From the NCBI GenBank assembly GCA_029262335.1, contig JAJCZQ010000049.1, positions 13,731 to 77,730 on the forward strand: a DNA stretch of 64,000 bases, in the 5' to 3' direction. How positions within the stretch are numbered: the first letter of the stretch is position 1; each line of letters starts with the position of its first letter. Shown one piece after another: positions 1-8,380 of this stretch. The notes below the pieces were generated by a model, which worked only from the letters and a program-made list of their open reading frames with translations, searched no databases and was not told the DNA's origin. Both the position numbers and the translations under genes were made by a program. This stretch comes from Deltaproteobacteria bacterium. Lineage in GTDB: Bacteria > Desulfobacterota_D > UBA1144 > Nemesobacterales > JAJCZQ01.

Positions 1-424
1 ATACATTTTTGATAATATACCTTCGGCAGGTGGAAAGCCGCGTTTAATTCTAAAAACCGTAAATAGAAAATTTAGATTTGAAAGTGTTGAAATTACACCA
101 ATTGATATTAATCATGCAAACTGGATAATTCTTGGGTATAGAATCGGGAATATGGCATATCTGACTGACTGCAGTGGTATTCCCTCAGAATCAGTAAAGA
201 AACTTCAAAATCTCGACCTCCTTATTATAGGAGCCTTAAGATATAGTCCTCATACTGCTCATTTTAGCGTTGAACAGGCAGTTGAGGCAATTGAGATGTT
301 AAAACCTAAAAAAGCAGTATTAACCCATATGGGACATGAACTGGACTATGATATATTAAAGAAGCAGCTCCCAAAGAATATTGTTCCGGGTTATGACGGT
401 ATGAAAATTAACGTAAAAGACTGA
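1..424 (+). CDS. MBL-fold metallo-hydrolase (PhnP-like), 3' portion only; gene starts upstream of window
   Basis: ORF open from the window edge. C-terminal region (LLIIGALRYSPHTAHFSVEQAVE...LTHMGHELDYD) resembles the C-terminal half of metallo-beta-lactamase-fold hydrolases. Stop at 422-424. Confidence 0.5.
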   Translation, partial: YIFDNIPSAGGKPRLILKTVNRKFRFESVEITPIDINHANWIILGYRIGNMAYLTDCSGIPSESVKKLQNLDLLIIGALRYSPHTAHFSVEQAVEAIEMLKPKKAVLTHMGHELDYDILKKQLPKNIVPGYDGMKINVKD

Positions 425-433
425 AGGATTAAT

Positions 434-1657
434 ATGCAAAACCTTATAAAAAAACTTGTAAATAAGAATGATAAAAAAATTATATTTTGTGTACTTGATG
501 GTTTGGGCGGCCTTCCAAAGCACGGGAAGACAGAGCTTGAAGCTGCTAATACACCAAATCTCGACAAAATTGCAGATGCTTCATCCAGCGGTCTGCACCT
601 TCCTGTAGCAAGGGGAATCACTCCCGGAAGCGGTGCTGCTCACCTGGGCCTGTTTGGTTATGATCCACTGCAGTACGAAATTGGCAGAGGCGTCCTTGAA
701 GCACTCGGACTGGGAATAGACCTGGGGCCAAATGATCTTGCTATAAGAGGTAATTTTGCCACTGTGGAATACAGGGATGGAAATCCGGTAGTGACCGACA
801 GAAGAGCTGGAAGGATCCCGACTGAAGAAAATAAAAGAATAATAGAAAAACTTTCTTCTAAGATTGATTCAATTGAAGGTGTTAAAGCAGGTTTTTACCC
901 TGGTATGGAACACAGGTTTGTACTAAAACTCACTTTTCCTGAAAGAATACCAACAGGCGGAGATCTAATTAATGATACAGACCCGCAGGAAACTGATAAA
1001 AGTCCTCTTATTGCTTCAGGTGAAAATAAAGAGTCTGAAAAAGTAGCTGTGATATTAAACAAATTTATAACGAAGATTGCAGGGGTAATAAAAGACGAAG
1101 AAAGGGCAAACTACACATTGTTAAGAGGGATTTCAGTATATCCTCATTTAGATAGCTACGAAGAAGCTTATGGACTAAAAGCGGGGTGTATTGCAACTTA
1201 CCCAATGTACAGGGGAGTAGCCAAACTCGTAGGGATGGATGTTCTGGAAGTTAAGGATAATTCTATTGCAAGCGAAGTTGAAACCCTGAAAAGAGAGATC
1301 GATAATTATGACTTTATATATTTTCACGTAAAAAAGACAGACAGTTACGGGGAAGATGGAGATTTTGATGCTAAGGCCGGAGTTATTGAAGAATTTGATG
1401 CCCTTGTCCCTGAAATTATGTCATTAAAACCGGATGTATTCGTTGTAACCGGTGACCATTCTACTCCATCTACTATGATGGCCCACAGCTGGCACCCTGT
1501 GCCAATTATGATAAGTTCTGCTTATCCCAGGTTGGGTAAAGGTTCGGGATTTGGAGAAGACACCTGTAATACGGGTTCCCTCGGAATTATTAAAGCTATT
1601 GAGATTATGCCTTTACTGCTTGCCCACGCCGACAGACTCAAAAAATATGGGGCATAA
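434..1657 (+). CDS. apgM: 2,3-bisphosphoglycerate-independent phosphoglycerate mutase, archaeal type
   Basis: 407 aa. IFCVLDGLGG N-terminal motif and overall length and pattern match the ApgM family of cofactor-independent phosphoglycerate mutases. Confidence 0.8.
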   Translation: MQNLIKKLVNKNDKKIIFCVLDGLGGLPKHGKTELEAANTPNLDKIADASSSGLHLPVARGITPGSGAAHLGLFGYDPLQYEIGRGVLEALGLGIDLGPNDLAIRGNFATVEYRDGNPVVTDRRAGRIPTEENKRIIEKLSSKIDSIEGVKAGFYPGMEHRFVLKLTFPERIPTGGDLINDTDPQETDKSPLIASGENKESEKVAVILNKFITKIAGVIKDEERANYTLLRGISVYPHLDSYEEAYGLKAGCIATYPMYRGVAKLVGMDVLEVKDNSIASEVETLKREIDNYDFIYFHVKKTDSYGEDGDFDAKAGVIEEFDALVPEIMSLKPDVFVVTGDHSTPSTMMAHSWHPVPIMISSAYPRLGKGSGFGEDTCNTGSLGIIKAIEIMPLLLAHADRLKKYGA

Positions 1658-1662
1658 CTATG

Positions 1663-1800
1663 GGAAAGCAAAAAAACAAGCTTCCAACTTAATTCAAATT
1701 TATATTTCGAGAAAGTTAAAATAATCCTCTAAAGAAGGAAAGCAAAACATCGAGCTTCCAACCTTAATTTAAATTTATATTTCGAGAGAGTTTAAATTAA
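1663..1800. repeat. Tandem direct repeat of about 62 bp in two copies (1663-1724 and 1737-1800), separated by about 12 bp, between apgM and tRNA-Leu
   Basis: Seen directly. Copy 1 is ggaaagcaaaaaaacaagcttccaacttaattcaaatttatatttcgagaaagttaaaataa. Copy 2 is ggaaagcaaaacatcgagcttccaaccttaatttaaatttatatttcgagagagtttaaattaa. Only a few mismatches. Confidence 0.8.
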
Positions 1801-1868
1801 CTCAGTATAAACTCTTTCCCATTGAAATTAGTTTCTTCTGTGTTAATTTTTTCAGACCTTTTTAAAAC

Positions 1869-1951
1869 GCCGAAGTGGTGGAATTGGTAGACACGCTATC
1901 TTGAGGGGGTAGTGCCTTACGGGCGTGGGAGTTCGAGTCTCCCCTTCGGCA
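1869..1951 (+). tRNA. tRNA-Leu, anticodon GAG, long variable arm
   Basis: Acceptor stem gccgaag/cttcggc pairs perfectly. D-arm is GTGGAATTGGTAGAC. Anticodon stem ctatc/ggtag with loop ttGAGgg. Long variable arm tgccttacgggcgtg. T-arm gggag-ttcgagt-ctccc. Discriminator A. CCA is not encoded. Confidence 0.9.
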
Positions 1952-1973
1952 ATTCCTAAAATATGTTTAGTTC

Positions 1974-2002
1974 TTGAAATTACAGTCAAAAAATATTATT
2001 AT
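1974..2002 (+). promoter_or_regulatory. Putative sigma-70 promoter of secreted-protein paralog 1 (TTGAAA-N17-TATTAT)
   Basis: -35 TTGAAA at 1974-1979, 17-nt spacer, -10 TATTAT at 1997-2002, about 45 nt before the ATG. A near-identical arrangement sits upstream of paralog 2. Confidence 0.4.
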
Positions 2003-2046
2003 CTAACCCAATTAAACGGTTAAGTAGAATAAGGGAGGATTTATCC

Positions 2047-3747
2047 ATGAAATTAAGGCAATTAATTGTTTTAAGTATTTTTTCATTTTTATTTTTAACT
2101 CCGGTTGCATCTTTTTCAGGCATGCCGACTGACCTGCCCATACCTGAAACAGATTCAGCCAAATATGTACAGGTATCATTTTTTGACCTTCGTGAAAGAG
2201 AGAGTTACGTGCAGGTTACAAATACAAGTGCATCATCCAAGATACTGCATGTACAGGTATTTGATGTTAGCAATGACTGTGGCGAAAATAATTTTTTTGA
2301 TGATTATACAGGTAATGACACCCATGTTTACAATATGAGGAACATACAGACAAATGACGGCGATGATGCAGGCCTTGTGCTTCCCGATGACGCATACGGA
2401 ATAGTTGTAATATATTCAGTAGTGAGCGAAGGCGGCCCGATTGATGAGAGTGAAGAGCTTGTAGGGAATTTCAGAATTCTTGATGATCTTGGTTATGAAT
2501 ATCGCACAAATTCACAGGCGTTTTTCCTTAACGCAGACCCAATGCCTTTAAATACAGAGAGATTTTTTACTTTTAACTTTAACACTACAGCCGGAACTAG
2601 CTTTGCAGATGTTGTAGGTGTAAACATGGTTTTCGATGAAGGTTCAAATGAATTTTCAGTTAACCCTCTTGACGTAGGATTAACGCTGGATGTTGATCTG
2701 TTCAATAATGCAGAAGTTCCATTTTCCTGCCGCGACGTAGCATTTGTATGTGCAAATGATGAAAGCCCTGTAATAAATTTTATTCTGGAATCCGCAGGAG
2801 TTGCAGTTGCTGCTTTTGAATATGGTATCAACAATGCTCTGCCTCATAGTAAAGGCGGTGAAGTATTATGTTCCGGAAATATAGTTGGTGAAGGACATGC
2901 AAAACTTACAATAGAATCAGTATCAACAAGTAATCTTGTGTCTGCTTTTTTTGTAGGACTGAATAACGGAAACGGAAGAGGCAGTATGGACTCTCTTTGG
3001 GACCCATCAGACAATGATTTCCTTAGAGACATTTTGATAGGTGATTCTACAGTAATAGAGAGTGAAGACCTCATATTTCCTGTAACACTGACTACTCCTT
3101 CTGATGAAGAAGTTGAGGTTGATTTTGGAGTAAATGATATAGATACTTCGGGAATAGCTGATTTTGATCTGTCAATGGCTCAATGTAGTCTGGATAATAT
3201 TCTTTTCTCAGATTGTTCAACACTTTTATTTCCACCCGGCGTAACAATGGCCTATTATTTGATTCCTACTGTTGATGATGACATATTTGAACCTGATGAA
3301 GACCTTGAACTATTTGTTGATTCAGTGCTGTCAGGGGAGATAAGGAACACAATTGAAGGTACAGGTACAATACAGGATGACATGATGCCGCCTGACCTTA
3401 CAATTCTAGATTCTACAATTGTTGAGAGCGGCGGAAGTATGCTTATTGATCTTGAGCTGTCAGGGCCGTCATCAGAACCAATTACAGTAGAACTTCTGAC
3501 TGCAGACGGAACACCAGATCCAGCTACAGAAGATTCTGATTACACAACTCAGGATGGTGTAATGGTTACATTTACGCCTATGACTACAATGCAAAGTATA
3601 ATGATTCCAATTATTGATGATGGTGTTTGTCCTGCGGAACCTTTAAATGAATTTTTTATTATTGACGTAGCAAATATAATAACTGGTCAGCTTGGCACAA
3701 TTACACCTGGAACAGGAACTATTGTTGCTCCTGCATGTATAATGTAA
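2047..3747 (+). CDS. Secreted acidic protein, paralog family member 1: signal peptide, conserved N-terminal module of unknown function, C-terminal Calx-beta-like repeats
   Basis: 566 aa, N-terminal signal peptide, very D/E-rich. N-terminal region is nearly identical to ORF 3946..5691 (PIPETDSAKYVQVSFFDLRERESYVQVTNTSASSK...). C-terminal segments (TVDDDIFEPDEDLELFV, IPIIDDGV...EFFII...GTGTI) fit the Calx-beta pattern (I.DD...E.DE.F.V.L). RBS gggagg upstream. Confidence 0.8.
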   Translation: MKLRQLIVLSIFSFLFLTPVASFSGMPTDLPIPETDSAKYVQVSFFDLRERESYVQVTNTSASSKILHVQVFDVSNDCGENNFFDDYTGNDTHVYNMRNIQTNDGDDAGLVLPDDAYGIVVIYSVVSEGGPIDESEELVGNFRILDDLGYEYRTNSQAFFLNADPMPLNTERFFTFNFNTTAGTSFADVVGVNMVFDEGSNEFSVNPLDVGLTLDVDLFNNAEVPFSCRDVAFVCANDESPVINFILESAGVAVAAFEYGINNALPHSKGGEVLCSGNIVGEGHAKLTIESVSTSNLVSAFFVGLNNGNGRGSMDSLWDPSDNDFLRDILIGDSTVIESEDLIFPVTLTTPSDEEVEVDFGVNDIDTSGIADFDLSMAQCSLDNILFSDCSTLLFPPGVTMAYYLIPTVDDDIFEPDEDLELFVDSVLSGEIRNTIEGTGTIQDDMMPPDLTILDSTIVESGGSMLIDLELSGPSSEPITVELLTADGTPDPATEDSDYTTQDGVMVTFTPMTTMQSIMIPIIDDGVCPAEPLNEFFIIDVANIITGQLGTITPGTGTIVAPACIM

Positions 3748-3778
3748 ATTATTTTGAACTTTAACTAAGTATAAATAA

Positions 3779-3815
3779 AACCCTCTATAAATATTATTTT
3801 TATGGAGGGTTTTTC
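3779..3815 (+). terminator. Rho-independent terminator after paralog 1
   Basis: Hairpin ccctctat...atggaggg followed by TTTTT (3810-3815). Confidence 0.6.
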
Positions 3816-3870
3816 ATTTCTGATATTTACCCATTATTTCTAATTGTTTAATGATTAAATCTCTGTTTCC

Positions 3871-3899
3871 TTGAATTAGTAATCAAAAAATACTATTAT
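3871..3899 (+). promoter_or_regulatory. Putative sigma-70 promoter of paralog 2 (TTGAAT-N17-TATTAT)
   Basis: -35 TTGAAT at 3871-3876, 17-nt spacer, -10 TATTAT at 3894-3899. Spacer sequence aatcaaaaaatac parallels the paralog 1 promoter. Confidence 0.4.
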
Positions 3900-3945
3900 A
3901 AGCTTTATTAAGCTCTGATTTGTTTAAATAGGGAGGACTTTATCC

Positions 3946-5691
3946 ATGAATTCAAGAATAATACTATTATTAGGAATCGTAATATCTTTATTAATCTCAT
4001 TGCCATTTACCACATATGCAGGAATGCCTGATTTTGATGACGACGACCTTCCGATACCGGAAACGGATTCAGCCAAGTATGTACAGGTATCTTTCTTTGA
4101 CCTTAGAGAAAGAGAAAGTTATGTACAGGTAACAAATACAAGTGCATCATCAAAAGTCCTGCACGTTCAGGTCTTTGATGTAAATAATGATTGTAACGAA
4201 AATAATTTTTTTGATGATTATACAGGTAATGACACCCATGTTTATAACATGAGGGACATCCTGACCAACGATGGTGACGATGCAGGCCTTGTGCTTCCTG
4301 ACGGTGCATATGGAATAGTTGTAATATATTCTGTCGTAAGTGAAGGCGGCCCGATAGATACGGGACAGAACCTGATAGGAAATTTCAGGATTATGGATGA
4401 CCTTGGTTATGAGTACAGGACCAATTCACAGGCATTCTTCCAGGACATTGACCCCGAACCGCAAAATTCACAAAGATTTTTTACTTTTAATTTTAATTCT
4501 ACAGCCGGTACAAGCTTTGCAGATGTTGTAGGTGTCAACATGGTTTTTGATAATGGTTCAAATGAGTTTGTAGTAAACCCGCTTGATGTTGGACTCACCC
4601 TGGATGTTGATTTATTTAATAATGATGAAGTTCCTTTTTCCTGCCGCGACGTGGCATTTGTATGTGCAAATGATGAAAGCCCTGTGATAGATTCTATTCT
4701 TGAAAATGCAGGAGTTGCAGTTGCGGCTTTTGAATATGGAATAAACAATGCACTTCCTCACAGTAAAGGCGGAGAGGTTCTTTGCTCGGGAAATATTGTG
4801 GATGAAGGGCATGCCAGGCTTACTATTGAATCAGTATCCAACAGTGAACTTGTCTCTGCATTTTTTGTAGGACTGAATAATGGGAACGGAAGAGGTAGTA
4901 TGGACTCTCTCTGGGACCCTTTTGATACTGACTTTGTAAGGGACCTTCTTATAGGTGATTCAACTGTTATTGAAAGTGAGAGCCTTATATTTCCTGTAAC
5001 TATTACTACACCTTCTGATGAATCACTCTTTGTTACTCTCGATCTTATAGACGGTTCTGCTACAAGTACGGATGATTATAATGAAATGTCTACCCGGTGC
5101 AGCCTTGAACCAGATATGAACTTTGAACCCTGCGGTGCAATTGAATTTCCACCAGGTGTAACAATGGCTTATTACCTTGTTCCTACCAGAATCGATGATA
5201 TCTTTGAACCTGATGAAGACCTCACGGTTGAATTTGTCAGTGCAACAGGTGATATAAGAAATGCTAATGTTGGTACCGGAATAATTATGGATGACCTGAT
5301 GCCGCCTGATATAACAATTATGGACTCAACTGTAATGGCAAGTGAAACATTTATGTTTGAAATGCAGCTCAGCCATCCTTCATCAGAGCCTATAACTATT
5401 GCACTTAGAACAGAAGATGGTCAGGATAACCCTACTTCAACTGAAGCAACTGATTGCAACGATCCTGGCGCAGACTATCTATCTGCAGACGGGTCGGAGG
5501 TGACATTTCCTGCTGGTGATACGGTATTAGTAATGCCGTTTCCTGTTCAAACTTGTGAAAATAACGTTTCTTGTGACAGTGCTTTTTCAGAAGACCTTAT
5601 ACTTGATGCCGATCAATTGTCAGGACAAATAGGTACAATTACACCTGGAACAGGAACAATAAATAATAATGCTGTTTGTATGGGCCCATGA
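3946..5691 (+). CDS. Secreted acidic protein, paralog family member 2 (same architecture as 2047..3747)
   Basis: 581 aa, signal peptide. Long blocks identical to paralog 1 (ESYVQVTNTSASSK, NNFFDDYTGNDTHVYNMR, GNGRGSMDSLWDP, FPPGVTMAYYL, DDIFEPDEDL). C-terminal GTITPGTGTI conserved. Middle and C-terminal regions are more diverged. Confidence 0.8.
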   Translation: MNSRIILLLGIVISLLISLPFTTYAGMPDFDDDDLPIPETDSAKYVQVSFFDLRERESYVQVTNTSASSKVLHVQVFDVNNDCNENNFFDDYTGNDTHVYNMRDILTNDGDDAGLVLPDGAYGIVVIYSVVSEGGPIDTGQNLIGNFRIMDDLGYEYRTNSQAFFQDIDPEPQNSQRFFTFNFNSTAGTSFADVVGVNMVFDNGSNEFVVNPLDVGLTLDVDLFNNDEVPFSCRDVAFVCANDESPVIDSILENAGVAVAAFEYGINNALPHSKGGEVLCSGNIVDEGHARLTIESVSNSELVSAFFVGLNNGNGRGSMDSLWDPFDTDFVRDLLIGDSTVIESESLIFPVTITTPSDESLFVTLDLIDGSATSTDDYNEMSTRCSLEPDMNFEPCGAIEFPPGVTMAYYLVPTRIDDIFEPDEDLTVEFVSATGDIRNANVGTGIIMDDLMPPDITIMDSTVMASETFMFEMQLSHPSSEPITIALRTEDGQDNPTSTEATDCNDPGADYLSADGSEVTFPAGDTVLVMPFPVQTCENNVSCDSAFSEDLILDADQLSGQIGTITPGTGTINNNAVCMGP

Positions 5692-5721
5692 GTATCAAAT
5701 TATAATTAATTTAACTTTTAA

Positions 5722-5755
5722 ACCCCTGTTTATTGTTATAAACAGGGGTTTTTAT
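5722..5755. terminator. Bidirectional rho-independent terminator between convergent genes
   Basis: Perfect hairpin acccctgtttat-tgtt-ataaacaggggt followed by TTTTT on the + strand and preceded by A-run (T-run on the - strand). Confidence 0.7.
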
Positions 5756-5970
5756 TTACTATTACTCTTGAATACTTCTTTGTCTACTTCCAGATATAAA
5801 GTTGCAGAGTTATGATCCGGGTAAAGCTCTAAATAGTACCTTTGACCTTTAACTACTTTTGTATTTTCATCCGAACAAAATGCCTTAAGCCTGCTTACTT
5901 TCTTTTCGAACTGTTCCGGTTTATGAAAATTTAATTTATTTACTGTTTTTAACTCTATAATTTTTTTCAT
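5752..5970 (-). CDS. Small hypothetical protein (72 aa)
   Basis: ORF only. No recognisable motif, weak RBS. Sits next to the terminator and an AT-rich region. Confidence 0.3.
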   Translation of the reverse strand: MKKIIELKTVNKLNFHKPEQFEKKVSRLKAFCSDENTKVVKGQRYYLELYPDHNSATLYLEVDKEVFKSNSK

Positions 5971-5989
5971 TACATTCTAAATGTAAGAA

Positions 5990-6025
5990 GCGGTAACCGG
6001 GGAGAGTCATAAATCCGGTTACCGC
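5990..6025. other. GC-rich perfect 11-bp inverted repeat (stem-loop) in an AT-rich intergenic region
   Basis: gcggtaaccgg (5990-6000) pairs perfectly with ccggttaccgc (6015-6025), loop is 14 nt. It is not followed by a clean T-tract on either strand. Confidence 0.5.
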
Positions 6026-6243
6026 CTTAAGGAGTGAATGGGATGAACCATTACTTTTTATTTTCATTTTTGTTGTTACTTGTTGATTAAAACATGATAT
6101 AAATAAGTAATTAGGAAATAATATAGTATAATGTAAATAAATGCAATAATTAATTAATAAAATGAAGATAAAATTTCAAATGCAAATAAAATATAAATGT
6201 TTATTTGGGGTAGGGGTAGTTCTAAGTAGTATATATTATTAGA

Positions 6244-6867
6244 TTATTGTGCAGTTTGGTTGTTTAGGAAGTTCTTGTAAATATTTTCTGCTTTATCGTA
6301 CTGTCCCATTTTTTCATAAGCCAAACCAAGGTTGATATTGGCCTGCTTCTCATAGGGACTGCCGCTGTTTTGTAATTTTGAAAGATATTTTTCTGATTCC
6401 TGCCAGTTCTCAAGGTTGTAATAAGAAAGGCCAATTGTAAAATTAGCACTGTCTTCAAGAAGCTGGTTGTCAGGGGAATCATTTAGATATTCGTTTAATG
6501 AAGATATGGTTTTTTCGTACTGTCCCAGATCATAATTTAAAATACCTGTGTAGTACATGGCAAGCTTTGCAGACTGCTGAGATGGGTGTTCTTTTATTAA
6601 AGCTGCAAAACCTTCAAGTGCCGGTTCAATATTGCCTGTATTGTACTGAACAAGGGCATTCTCAAACATAGTACCCGCAACCTGCTCCTTTTTTTCCTGG
6701 TGTGAATTAACAAGGTATATAACAATAAGCATGACAAATATGCCGCCTACTGCATAAAGTATCTTGTTGAAATTTGCAGCTGCAGTGTCGGTAAGGTCAG
6801 AAATAAACTGTCTGAACTTATCCGGCTGTTTGAGTTCTTTAATTGTGTATTTTATTTTTTCGCCCAT
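6244..6867 (-). CDS. TPR-repeat protein with N-terminal membrane anchor
   Basis: 207 aa. One TM helix (ILYAVGGIFVMLIVIYLV) followed by repeated A/Y/L-rich 34-residue-like motifs (GLSYYNLENWQESEKYL, LGLAYEKMGQYDKAENIY) typical of TPR. Confidence 0.65.
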   Translation of the reverse strand: MGEKIKYTIKELKQPDKFRQFISDLTDTAAANFNKILYAVGGIFVMLIVIYLVNSHQEKKEQVAGTMFENALVQYNTGNIEPALEGFAALIKEHPSQQSAKLAMYYTGILNYDLGQYEKTISSLNEYLNDSPDNQLLEDSANFTIGLSYYNLENWQESEKYLSKLQNSGSPYEKQANINLGLAYEKMGQYDKAENIYKNFLNNQTAQ

Positions 6868-6988
6868 TTGGATGAGAAATTATAATGATTCGCATCTATA
6901 ATTCAAGTATCTTAATTTGAAGTAATTAGATAATTCTTTATTCTTGCTAATAAATCCACATAAAGATACAATTATAAGTATCCGGATC

Positions 6989-8365
6989 ATGGTAAATAAA
7001 AGTAATTCACCAAGAAAAATAATTTTATATGTTTTACTCTTTTCTATTGGATTATTTTATTCAAATGTTTATGCACAATCGGGCAAAAATGTAACTTCAA
7101 TAGAAATTAACGGTACTATTAACCCGTCAACAACTGATTATATAAAAGCCGGGCTTATTGAAGCCCGTGAAAACAACTCCGAGGCGCTCCTGATACTGCT
7201 TGATACACCTGGCGGCCTTCTTAATTCCACAAAGGATATTGTAAAACTACTGCTTAATTCTGATATTCCTGTAATTGTTTATGTTTACCCAAAGGGATCA
7301 AGCGCAACTTCAGCGGGTGTATTTATTACAATGGCTGGTAATATCGCGGCTATGGCACCAGGCACCAGCATAGGTGCGGCACATCCCGTAAGTATAGGCG
7401 GGAAGAATACAAAGCCAAAGAAAAATACTAATCCTCTCGAGAAAAAGGATGAAGCAAAAGAAAAAGAACAAAAAGAAAATAGTGATATAATGGGTGAAAA
7501 AATTGAGAACTATGCAATCTCATTTTTGCAGAGCATTGCTGAGGAAAGAAACAGAAATATAGAATGGGCAGAACAGGCAGTTAAGAACAGCGATTCAATT
7601 ACTGCAAATGAAGCACTTAAACTAAATGTAATTGATGTTATCTCACCCAATGTTCCGTCTCTATTAAATACAATCAACGGAAAAAAGATAAAAGTTAATG
7701 ACAAACAGCTTGTATTAAATACATCCGGGGCCAAACAGAAATTTTTTGAAATGAGCCTAAAGCAAAAAATAGTAAATATTCTAAGTACCCCTGACATTGC
7801 ATTTCTCTTATTATCGCTTGGCTCGCTTGGTATTTTAATTGAGTTTTACAACCCGGGTTCAATATTCCCTGGCGTTGCGGGACTTATATCCTTACTTATA
7901 GGATTTGTATCACTTCAAATACTACCTTTTAACTACGGCGGACTTGCGCTTGTGTTTTTAGGTCTTGGGCTTTTTGTAGCGGAGGTATATGTTACAAGCT
8001 ATGGATTGCTGAGCCTTGCCGGCTTAATTAGTTTTGTTTTTGGTGCAATTCTCTTGTTTGAAACAAATGAATCAGATATAAAAGTCGGCCATGGGGTAAT
8101 AATTGCAACTTCAGCCACACTCGGCATATTTTTCATGTACGTAGCGTATTCTGTTTCAAGAACTTTAAAACTTGGAACCATGAGCGGTTTTGAAGGTATG
8201 GTTGGAGAACAGGGCGAAGTTGTCTCATGGGAAAACGGAAACGGTAAAATTTTTATTAATGGCGAATACTGGAACGCGTTTAGTGATGACGCACTAAAAA
8301 GCGGTGATAAAGTAAGTGTTACGGAAAGTACGGGAAGTTTAAATATTAAAGTATCTAAAAATTGA
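6989..8365 (+). CDS. NfeD-family membrane-bound serine protease (ClpP-class, long form)
   Basis: Signal/TM at N-terminus. ClpP-like core (ILLDTPGGLL, VIVYV.P.GSSATSAGVFITMAGNIAAMAPGTSIGAAHPV). Multi-TM central region and C-terminal OB-like domain. Immediately upstream of an SPFH/stomatin gene, the classic pairing. Start placed at the internal ATG 6989 (MVNKSNS...), which is followed by the hydrophobic signal/TM segment; the track ORF begins at 6944. Confidence 0.75.
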   Translation: MVNKSNSPRKIILYVLLFSIGLFYSNVYAQSGKNVTSIEINGTINPSTTDYIKAGLIEARENNSEALLILLDTPGGLLNSTKDIVKLLLNSDIPVIVYVYPKGSSATSAGVFITMAGNIAAMAPGTSIGAAHPVSIGGKNTKPKKNTNPLEKKDEAKEKEQKENSDIMGEKIENYAISFLQSIAEERNRNIEWAEQAVKNSDSITANEALKLNVIDVISPNVPSLLNTINGKKIKVNDKQLVLNTSGAKQKFFEMSLKQKIVNILSTPDIAFLLLSLGSLGILIEFYNPGSIFPGVAGLISLLIGFVSLQILPFNYGGLALVFLGLGLFVAEVYVTSYGLLSLAGLISFVFGAILLFETNESDIKVGHGVIIATSATLGIFFMYVAYSVSRTLKLGTMSGFEGMVGEQGEVVSWENGNGKIFINGEYWNAFSDDALKSGDKVSVTESTGSLNIKVSKN

Positions 8366-8380
8366 TTCAGGAGGTTAATT

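Noticed and set aside
1663-1800. CRISPR-like array
   Set aside because: There are only two 62-bp units with a 12-bp spacer, and no cas genes. This is a tandem duplication, not CRISPR.
2493-2834. 113-aa minus-strand ORF inside paralog 1, with an almost identical twin (4407..4748) inside paralog 2
   Set aside because: These are antisense to the strongly supported secreted-protein genes. Their mutual similarity is a by-product of the paralogous duplication, not independent evidence of coding.
1869-6243. Possibility that tRNA-Leu to 6243 is an integrated genomic island carrying the paralog pair
   Set aside because: I found no integrase, no direct repeat of the tRNA 3' end in the AT-rich spacer at 5971-6243, and no mobility genes. 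The idea rests only on tRNA proximity and AT-richness.
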